From the NCBI GenBank assembly GCA_049679725.1, contig JBAUGM010000160.1, positions 1-51,955 of the forward strand: a stretch of 51,955 bases of DNA, read 5' to 3'. A program made the translations under genes and the position numbers. Under the pieces are notes generated by a model. The model ran no database searches and had not been told where the DNA came from. It saw only the letters and a list, made by a program, of their open reading frames with translations. The stretch's first letter is position 1; each line of letters begins with the position of its first letter. Shown in pieces: positions 44,637-51,955 of the stretch. Source of the stretch: Tepidisphaeraceae bacterium. Lineage in GTDB: Bacteria; Planctomycetota; Phycisphaerae; Tepidisphaerales; Tepidisphaeraceae.

Positions 44637-46188
44637 TGGGGACGAGCGCCTGCCAGCTCCACATCCGGGTGACCATAACGTCACCCTATGGCTTGACGAA
44701 CAGATATGGGGGCACAGGCTCTGGGACTCGCAAACGCCGTGGCTATTGTTCCTTGAGTTCCTGAACATCGCCGAGGGCGCGCGCAGACAGGGCAAGCTCC
44801 TGGACAACGCCGGAGATGACGAGCCGATCAGCTACCGGCCCTACCGGCGGATGTTCCTAAGGAATATCCTCTTCAACAACGATAAGATCAGCGAGATCGA
44901 CGAGCGGTTCAGGGACAGCTCCCAAGCCTGGACGGCCTGGCTAAAGCTAATGTCAGAGCGCGCACAGGCAGTAACGCCGCGTGACTTCTCTTACCTTAAA
45001 ATCCACTTCCACAGCTTCCACGACTTCGCCTCGCTCGTCGCTATGCTTCGGACCTCGGCGGTTGAAAGCGAGACAAACAAGCGATGGAACTCTCGCTTCG
45101 TCTTTCCGTTTGGGCCCAACGGACTATACGTCGACCTAGCCATCACCCCGACCGGAGACACGAGCCGCGAGTACATTAATTTCGGGCGGACCGGAGAGCT
45201 GATCTACCTCATGCTCTCGCGGTCCACTGCGTCAGCCGGTATCCGACCGCATCTTGAGCGCGTGCTCGCCGGTGACAAGAAGTGGAACCGCCTCCTCGGG
45301 CTCCTGCAGCCGGAGACAGAGGAAGACCTGGAACGTTCGGGGAAGAGTAGCTACCTCCCCTACCGGAGACATCCCACATTCGATCGGCTCGCCGAGGACT
45401 GGCTCCGGGTATTTGAACTGGGGCTACCGGGTTTCGACGCATTCCCGCACCTCGTAACTCTGAGCGCGTTCCATGTGCTCCTTTACCAGCTCACGCTTGC
45501 CGCCAAATGGGCCGGTACGACGCGGGCGCCTCACATGGTCTGCGAGGTGGTTGCCCCGCGAAAGACGCTCGTTCGGGAGCGGTCGTCCGAGAACTACCAG
45601 GACAACAACCTGCTGACTGAACAGGCTGTGCGAGCGTTCATCAAGTCCGAGGTGGAGGACTCTCCAGACTGGCAGAATGCCGTAACAACCTCGCTTACCG
45701 AACAAGAGGCGTTTGCGAAATGCCGGAAGCTTCTCGCTGACTTGCTCTGGTGGGGTGAGGATTACGACGGGCCGCGGAACCCGGAGGCCCTAATCTCTGA
45801 GCTAAAGACCATCGCCCTGAAGCGCCACCGGCAGCACGTGGCGAACGTCCACCGGAACTACGGGAAGCACGTTGGCCTAGTTTCGAAGCGCGGCACGAAC
45901 AAGCTCCGCTACGCTCCGACCGACGGACTCCTAAAGACGCTTGTCCTCGCGAACGTCGAGCACCGGCTAGAGCTCGGGGAGTTCTTGAGGCGACTCTTCG
46001 ATCGATATGGGCTCATCTTCGGGGATCGGGAGGCCGAGGTAGTGCTCGCGCACGCCGATCACGACAAGAAGGCGTTTCAAGCGAACGCCCGTCGCCTGGA
46101 GCAGCGACTCGGTAGCCTCGGGATGTTGCGCCGCCTTTCGGACAGCTGTGCATACGTGGAGAATCCTCTGGCGCGGAGGGGTGGATGA
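44629..46188 (+). CDS. Hypothetical protein, DptG/DndG- or SspG-like by position
   Basis: 519 aa. 8-nt overlap upstream and ATGA overlap downstream. No motif recognised. Confidence 0.45.
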   Translation: MPNGDERLPAPHPGDHNVTLWLDEQIWGHRLWDSQTPWLLFLEFLNIAEGARRQGKLLDNAGDDEPISYRPYRRMFLRNILFNNDKISEIDERFRDSSQAWTAWLKLMSERAQAVTPRDFSYLKIHFHSFHDFASLVAMLRTSAVESETNKRWNSRFVFPFGPNGLYVDLAITPTGDTSREYINFGRTGELIYLMLSRSTASAGIRPHLERVLAGDKKWNRLLGLLQPETEEDLERSGKSSYLPYRRHPTFDRLAEDWLRVFELGLPGFDAFPHLVTLSAFHVLLYQLTLAAKWAGTTRAPHMVCEVVAPRKTLVRERSSENYQDNNLLTEQAVRAFIKSEVEDSPDWQNAVTTSLTEQEAFAKCRKLLADLLWWGEDYDGPRNPEALISELKTIALKRHRQHVANVHRNYGKHVGLVSKRGTNKLRYAPTDGLLKTLVLANVEHRLELGEFLRRLFDRYGLIFGDREAEVVLAHADHDKKAFQANARRLEQRLGSLGMLRRLSDSCAYVENPLARRGG

Positions 46189-49100
46189 GAGACTACCGCC
46201 GCTCGGAACTAATCGGTCGGGTCGCAGCGTCATATCTACGCGCGCAGCTGGCTCGCGGCGAGACGGACGGCACAGCTCGATTCATCATCGACTGCCTAAG
46301 CCCGGAGCAGACCGCCGCCATTGCGAAAGCGATCCTGGCTGACCCGGAGCTCGAACGACAGGTCGACCTCAAACTGCCTGCGCACTTCGTCCACGATCAA
46401 GGGCTTCCGGCGGCGGTACTCACCGAAGAACGCGCCACCTACTTCCGTCACGCAGCGTGCGACAAGCCTGCACGCGTGTTCGCCAACACGGGCGACGACG
46501 AGGGTCAGTCGCTGAAGGAAGTAGCGCAGATCGGCGCCCCGCAGCTACAGGAGCACCCAGAGCTTTGGGTGTTGGTTGCAGCCGACGGGCTCCTCCTACC
46601 GCCGGATCAGCTCAAGTGGTGGGAGAAGGCATTGGGCGGTCTGCACGACCTTCGGTCTTTTCCTTTGGATGGCGTGTCGGCCTACGTGCTCCTGACGAGG
46701 AACTTGATCCGAGACGAAGGACTCCCGCTCATTTCGGCGCTGGGTGCAGCACTCCCCGCGTTGAGGCTTCCAAAGGACTCTTGTTACTTCAATCGGCTCA
46801 ACGACAAGGCTAGGACCCAGCCCGCACGGTGGCGCACCCTCTTCTCTGATGCGCAGAAGAAACGCGGATGCTTCCTGGGGAAACGCACGCCCTCTCAGGT
46901 GATGCTCGGCGAAGAGGAACTTCTTGCCGCGTGGGAGAAGGTGCGTGAAGGGATCCCGGCAGTCCACCACCCGAAGGCCGAGGCGTTTATCCGCTCGCCC
47001 GCGACCTGGAACGACGAGGCAGCAGCGCTTTCGGAATGCGAGTGGGAAGACATCAAGCCACTCTTCGATGGCCTCAAGCGAGAGAAGTTCAATCTTGCCC
47101 AAGAGACGATCAACTTCTACGCGGAACGCGAGCCCGAGTTGCTGAGCAACGATGATCGCGAATACCTCAAACGGCTTGTGGATCGACGGACCACGGAGCC
47201 GGAAGAAGAAGACGAAGACTTCTACGACGCGCACAGGAACGAACTCCGGGACGACCGGAAGCTCCGGTCCGCGTGGGACCGCTTCGTCTTCGGATCGCCT
47301 CGCGAGACCGAAGACTTCCTGTCCGGTCTGGTCGTGTGTCTCGATTCACTCTTCAACCGCGAGGAGCCGGGGAGCCGTCGCGTGCTCCGCATCTACTCGG
47401 ACCGGCGTACGAAGCGAGACCTCAAGGAACTGAACGTCGATGCCGGAATCTACTTCGCGCGTCGGTACAAGGGGCTCATGCAGCTGTTCGGCCGCGGACT
47501 GAAATGGGACGTGGGCGAACTCTTCAATTTCCCGGAGCTTGTTGAGACGTGGAGAGGTGCGAAGCGGTCCACACTCAATTACTCGACTTCAAAGTCAGCC
47601 CTTCAGTTAAAGTTCGTTCTGACTCTGGACGTCGAGCTCCCGCGCGGCGGCACCCAGAGCTACTCGACCCAACTCATTTGGAAGTTCGATCCGAAGCAAG
47701 TCGCGACCGAATTCGCGGAAGATTGGAGTCGCCTCGTCGAACATCCGCTCGTTGCGTGCCGCGTGAACCGCGAGCCCGTGACGGGTAAGGGACAATTCCA
47801 GACGGTGGACCTCGCGAACGTCAGGACCTTTAGCGCCGGGTTCGGTCAGGACCGAGGATCCTTCGTCTCGGTTTACCGCAGGGCAAATGACCTGGGTCTC
47901 CAGTGGCTGAACAATCTCGAAGCGGCGCAAAAGCAGGGGCTGTTAGACAAGCGCTCGGCAGATGTTCTGTCGGAGAACTTTGAAGCGTTTTCCTCAGCGT
48001 ACACCGACGCCATCAAAGGGTTCCGCGATCAGGGCTTAAGCCACCCGGCGATACTCGAACAGTTCAGCACATTTTCGGACCTTCTTGATGCCCTATGCCG
48101 TCACGCAAAAGGGGACAGAAGCCGAGAGCTCCTTCTAAAGCCGCTCCTCCAGCTTGGCGTGGTCGCGGTAGACGGTGGAAGGCCGACTGCGATTGTGGCG
48201 CCGTGGCAGCCGCTACGGCTTGCTGCGATGGCAATCAAAGCGCAGCGGGTCGCGGAACTCGTGAAACACCTGCTCACGGCCGATCAGATCGACTTCGGTG
48301 ACTCACGCCTCTTCTTCCGGGACACGCAGGAAGAGCTCCAGCACCCCTTCTACCCGGAGCTCGTCCTTGGCTGGCACGAGCACGAGCCGCAGCTTCTATC
48401 GTTAACGGACGTCGCGGGCGACTACAGCCTGCACGAGTCTCCGGTTGTCACCAACGACGGCCTCGATGACACAAACGAGAACCCCACGGAAGGCGCAGCC
48501 CGCGTCATCGAACTCGTCCGTCGATACCTCGCACTTCATCCTCACGAACAGGCGAACTTGTCCGTAGTTCTTTACAACTGCGACTCCGCACGACTCCCAG
48601 AGGCGGTCGTGGACAAGATCGGGGCAATGCACGAGGACGAAGATGACGTCCGCTGCCAGGTAATCCTCAGGCACCGTGATGCGAAGCGCCTCCGGCGCCT
48701 CTACGAGAACATTATTCAGTCATCCGGGAGCGATCCGGACGCGTTCAGCGCGAGTGAGGCGACCCGGGATTTCATGGCCCGTCTCCGGATCGGCATCATG
48801 GCAGACCAGGCGCCGGTGCCTGATCCAAAGGACGGAGCACCTGCCGACATCGTATTCTCGCAGGACGTCATCGCGCGACACGCACGCATCGAGTGGTTCA
48901 CCGAAGACGCGAGGCCTGTCGCAACCACCACTTTCGTCCCGCCCAGATGGTCCAGGCGCCGCCCTGCTGCGCAGCATGACATGAAGTCGGTCGTCTACCT
49001 CTGCTGTCCCGTGCAGACCCGCGAAGGGTGGACGTATCTCACCGCCATTTCCTCGTTTCTGCGTGGAGACTGGAACGAGGACGAAGCGCGACGCCTGCTG

Positions 49101-51473
49101 CCGGCCCGCCAACTCGACTTCCGGGATGTAACCACCGCACGAATCTTCGAGGAGACACACAACCTTGCGAATTGGGTCGTGAATTACGACGAACTGCTCG
49201 ACCGTCGGCAGCTTCTGAATCACCAGGTAAAGGTGATCCGCTACAAGCAGTCGGCTACCCAGGGTCGAAACGTCATCATCTCGTCGAAGGCGCCGTTAAG
49301 TCTGCTCCGCTCGATGGTGCTTGGACGGCTCCGCGATTTGAACCTCGACGCTCCGGACGTGAATTACGAGGCGCTGGCAGACCGATTTATCCAGGACGCC
49401 AATGACGTGTCCGGAGACATCGTACTCCGCGCAGCCAAGCGCGGTCGAAATGCGAGTGAGTTGATGGGGATCGTACTGAGCCGATTCCTCATTCGCCGCG
49501 AACTGGGACAAGAGAGGCTCTACGGCTGGTACTTTCTAGACGACTACGCACAATGGCTCGGTCAACGCGAGGAGCAGATTGCAGACATCCTCGCGCTGAG
49601 CCCCGAGCGAACCACGGACGGGAAGCTACGTCTCGCAGTCGTTGTCTCAGAGGCCAAATATATCGGCGCTGACAATCTCGCGTCGAAGCGAAATGAGTCT
49701 CAGAAACAGCTGCGGGATACGGTACGCCGAATCGTCGACGCCGCATTTGGCAGTCCGGAGCGTCTCGATCGAGATCTCTGGCTTGCTCGCCTTTCAGATC
49801 TCATCCTTGACGGCGTGCAGGTGCCGCCCGCCGCGGCCGTTAACCTCTCCGAATGGCGACGTGCCATCCGCGAGGGCGCTTGCGAGATCTATGTGCGCGG
49901 ATACTCACACGTGTTCGTCTCAGGTCCGAGCGACGCCGCAGACACGTCAGATTTTGTGAGCGTTGCCGACGTGGACAATTGCTACCAGGAGGTGTTCAGC
50001 CGCGCGAGGGTCCGGCAGCTCGTCCTTCGCTACGCGCGTCATGAAGACCCGATGCAGGTGCGCCGCGAGGAGGCGACGGAAGATGTTTGGGCAAAAAAGG
50101 AGTATCGGAGCCCGACAAAGACCTCTGCTGCAGAGGAAGAGCCCGCGCCGCGTGACGACAAGGACCGGAAAGGCCGCTCGGGCGACGGTGGCGGCAGCGG
50201 AATTCGCATGAAAGACCCAAAGCCGCGTGACTCGGCGCCAGAAAGCACAGTTCGTGATCCAAGGGAGACTAAGGCCGATCCGTCCCCTGAGGGGCGTAAA
50301 CCGAAAAATAATGGTGGCTTAAGCCGCTTTGCATATCCCTCCATCGAAGGGCTTCTGCCGGAAGTGGGAACGTCGAACGAGCCTGCGCCGGACGAGCGAG
50401 AATGGCTCGATCAGGTAGCAAATCGGACACGCGCAGCACTTCAACAGTTCCAGCTCCAGTCGAAGCTCCTCCAGTTGACCATCACACCAAACGCGGCGCT
50501 CCTGAAGTTCGCCGGAAGTGCCAACCTAACGGTCGAACAGGTTCTCAGACGACGGAGTGAGTTCCTGACGACACACGGGCTCAACATCGTCTCGGTCCAA
50601 CCCGAGCCGGGTGTGGTCAGCCTCTCGGTTGAGCGCCCCACGCGAAAGGTCGTCGGGATTGACGAGCTCTGGGCCCGTTGGACGCCCGACTCCGCCAAAG
50701 GGAATCAGGAGCTCCTCATCGGCGTTCGCGAGGAGAACGGGAGCCTGCTCTTCCTATCGCCGGGAAAGCAGCACGCGCCGCACACACTCATCGCCGGTTC
50801 GACCGGCAGCGGCAAGTCCGTCCTGATGCAGAACATTATCCTCGACATCGCAGCGACGAACACTCCGGAGCAGGCGAAGATCGTACTTATCGACCCGAAA
50901 CAAGGCGTCGACTACTTCCAGTTCGAAGAGCTCCCGCACCTCTCCGGCGGCCTAATCGATCGCCACGAAGTTGCGCTCGAACGCCTAAGGGCACTCGTCG
51001 ATGAAATGGACGACCGGTACGCGAAGTTCCGCGCGGCGAGGGCACAGAACCTCGCGGCCTACAACCAGAAGGTGCCTTCCACGGAACAACTGCCCGCGAT
51101 CTGGCTCATTCACGATGAGTTCGCCGAATGGATGATGATCGACGAGTACAAGAATGAAGTAACGGCGACAGTTGGCAGGTTGGGCGTTAAAGCGCGCGCC
51201 GCGGGGATCTACCTCGTATTCGCTGCACAGCGTCCGGATGCCAACGTCATGCCCATGCAGCTTCGGGCCAACCTCGGCAACCGGCTCATTCTACGCGTAG
51301 ACTCTGAAGGTACGTCCGAGATCGCGCTCGGCCAACCGGGTGCCGAACGCCTGCTCGGGCGCGGACATCTCTTAGCGAAGCTTGAGGGCGTCCCCGGTGT
51401 GGTCTTTGGGCAGGTTCCATTTGTCCCGCCGGAATTCGCGGAAAGCGTCGTCTCGTCCACCCGTGGCGGATGA
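46185..51473 (+). CDS. Giant protein with C-terminal FtsK/SpoIIIE-type ATPase domain (DptH/DndH- or SspH-like)
   Basis: 1762 aa. An N-terminal ~1300 aa region has no motif I recognise. Then a disordered K/R/D/P/G-rich linker (~50090-50330). Then an FtsK-like motor: HTLIAGSTGSGKSVLMQNIILDI (Walker A), AIWLIHDEFAEWMM (Walker B), IYLVFAAQRPDANVMPMQLRANLGNRLILRV. Confidence 0.75.
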   Translation: MRDYRRSELIGRVAASYLRAQLARGETDGTARFIIDCLSPEQTAAIAKAILADPELERQVDLKLPAHFVHDQGLPAAVLTEERATYFRHAACDKPARVFANTGDDEGQSLKEVAQIGAPQLQEHPELWVLVAADGLLLPPDQLKWWEKALGGLHDLRSFPLDGVSAYVLLTRNLIRDEGLPLISALGAALPALRLPKDSCYFNRLNDKARTQPARWRTLFSDAQKKRGCFLGKRTPSQVMLGEEELLAAWEKVREGIPAVHHPKAEAFIRSPATWNDEAAALSECEWEDIKPLFDGLKREKFNLAQETINFYAEREPELLSNDDREYLKRLVDRRTTEPEEEDEDFYDAHRNELRDDRKLRSAWDRFVFGSPRETEDFLSGLVVCLDSLFNREEPGSRRVLRIYSDRRTKRDLKELNVDAGIYFARRYKGLMQLFGRGLKWDVGELFNFPELVETWRGAKRSTLNYSTSKSALQLKFVLTLDVELPRGGTQSYSTQLIWKFDPKQVATEFAEDWSRLVEHPLVACRVNREPVTGKGQFQTVDLANVRTFSAGFGQDRGSFVSVYRRANDLGLQWLNNLEAAQKQGLLDKRSADVLSENFEAFSSAYTDAIKGFRDQGLSHPAILEQFSTFSDLLDALCRHAKGDRSRELLLKPLLQLGVVAVDGGRPTAIVAPWQPLRLAAMAIKAQRVAELVKHLLTADQIDFGDSRLFFRDTQEELQHPFYPELVLGWHEHEPQLLSLTDVAGDYSLHESPVVTNDGLDDTNENPTEGAARVIELVRRYLALHPHEQANLSVVLYNCDSARLPEAVVDKIGAMHEDEDDVRCQVILRHRDAKRLRRLYENIIQSSGSDPDAFSASEATRDFMARLRIGIMADQAPVPDPKDGAPADIVFSQDVIARHARIEWFTEDARPVATTTFVPPRWSRRRPAAQHDMKSVVYLCCPVQTREGWTYLTAISSFLRGDWNEDEARRLLPARQLDFRDVTTARIFEETHNLANWVVNYDELLDRRQLLNHQVKVIRYKQSATQGRNVIISSKAPLSLLRSMVLGRLRDLNLDAPDVNYEALADRFIQDANDVSGDIVLRAAKRGRNASELMGIVLSRFLIRRELGQERLYGWYFLDDYAQWLGQREEQIADILALSPERTTDGKLRLAVVVSEAKYIGADNLASKRNESQKQLRDTVRRIVDAAFGSPERLDRDLWLARLSDLILDGVQVPPAAAVNLSEWRRAIREGACEIYVRGYSHVFVSGPSDAADTSDFVSVADVDNCYQEVFSRARVRQLVLRYARHEDPMQVRREEATEDVWAKKEYRSPTKTSAAEEEPAPRDDKDRKGRSGDGGGSGIRMKDPKPRDSAPESTVRDPRETKADPSPEGRKPKNNGGLSRFAYPSIEGLLPEVGTSNEPAPDEREWLDQVANRTRAALQQFQLQSKLLQLTITPNAALLKFAGSANLTVEQVLRRRSEFLTTHGLNIVSVQPEPGVVSLSVERPTRKVVGIDELWARWTPDSAKGNQELLIGVREENGSLLFLSPGKQHAPHTLIAGSTGSGKSVLMQNIILDIAATNTPEQAKIVLIDPKQGVDYFQFEELPHLSGGLIDRHEVALERLRALVDEMDDRYAKFRAARAQNLAAYNQKVPSTEQLPAIWLIHDEFAEWMMIDEYKNEVTATVGRLGVKARAAGIYLVFAAQRPDANVMPMQLRANLGNRLILRVDSEGTSEIALGQPGAERLLGRGHLLAKLEGVPGVVFGQVPFVPPEFAESVVSSTRGG

Positions 51474-51955
51474 TGCCTAGTCGGACGATGGGACACGAGC
51501 GATGCTTTGCGCACCACCGCTCGATACAGCGCGGCGGCGGCGGCGGCGCACGACGGGTTGAGCGTGACGTTCACGCACGCCGGCGGCGCGATCGCGCTGC
51601 GGCTGTTCGACGTCTACTACGCGGACAACACGGCGGGTCCGGCGCTGGGGGCGCCGACGTTCACGCTCGGCGGCGTGCTCGCGCCCGTGCATGAACGGTA
51701 TGCGTACGACACGTCGGACCGGCGGGTGGTCAAAGAGATCGACGTCAACAACGACGACGATTTCACGGACCCCGAGGACACGACCGAGGCGTTCGTCTAC
51801 GACGGGGACGAGATCGCGCTGGTATTCGACGTGGACGATCAGAACGTCAGCACGCTGAAGAACCGCTACCTGCACGGCCCGGGCGTGGACGACGTGCTGG
51901 CGGAGGAGGCGGTGCGGGACTTCACGCTCTCCACGACGACGGTGACGCTGGACGG
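51474..51955 (+). CDS. RHS / YD-repeat protein fragment (no start codon; continues past the right edge)
   Basis: Not in the track because it has no in-window stop. Same frame as the preceding gene, opening right after its TGA. ...HERYAYDTSDRRVVKEIDVNNDDDFTDPEDTTEAFVYDGDEIALVFDVDDQNVSTLKNRYLHGPGVDDVLAEE shows YD-repeat and RHS-type Y-LHG-G-D--LA motifs. The minus ORF 51477..51875 is its antisense shadow. Confidence 0.6.

Larger units (their letters stand above)
12678..51473. mobile_element. tRNA-Arg-associated integrative genomic island (~39 kb) carrying replication, anti-nuclease and defence modules
   Basis: The tRNA gene is immediately followed by a tyrosine integrase. The content is foreign in character: HTH initiator plus DnaB-like helicase, Gam, Xis-like HTH and two large defence operons. 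GC looks lower than the flanks, most clearly at ~19.4-23.7 kb. The right end is placed where the last island gene stops and a high-GC RHS fragment begins. No attR repeat was found. Confidence 0.65.

Noticed and set aside
51477-51875. 132-aa minus ORF at the right edge
   Set aside because: It is antisense to a plus-strand frame with clear YD/RHS repeat motifs, and its composition is Arg/Val-rich shadow-like.

Overview
High-GC bacterial chromosome segment; the taxon cannot be assigned from sequence alone. All calls come from reading the sequence and translations by eye, with no database search. Positions 1-12.6 kb look like ordinary core DNA: a DEAD-box helicase, a Gfo/Idh/MocA oxidoreductase, three SDR oxidoreductases, an orphan sucD, MarR plus pirin, YceI and trpD. 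This region carries a HigBA toxin-antitoxin cassette inserted into the 3' end of one SDR gene, and two copies of a long palindromic repeat. A tRNA-Arg(UCG) at 12604-12677 is followed by a tyrosine integrase and a roughly 39 kb island ending near 51.47 kb. The island has four modules. (i) Small terminator-bracketed genes, then an HTH replication initiator with iterons inside its own coding sequence, then a DnaB-like helicase. (ii) A lower-GC block with a possible ADP-ribosyltransferase-fold protein, a Mu Gam-like minus-strand operon and an Xis-like HTH. (iii) A tightly packed six-gene plus-strand operon: NERD/SF1 helicase, 1018-aa unknown, coiled-coil protein, Hsp70-like ATPase, small Cys-cluster protein, and a 1606-aa DEAH helicase with C-terminal DUF1998/MZB (DruE-like). 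This is my best candidate for an undescribed defence system. (iv) SspB/SspC/SspD-like phosphorothioation genes without a cysteine desulfurase, followed by a DptFGH/SspFGH-like restriction trio ending in a 1762-aa FtsK-domain protein. The window ends in a start-less RHS/YD-repeat fragment. No CRISPR array, rRNA or intact IS element was seen.
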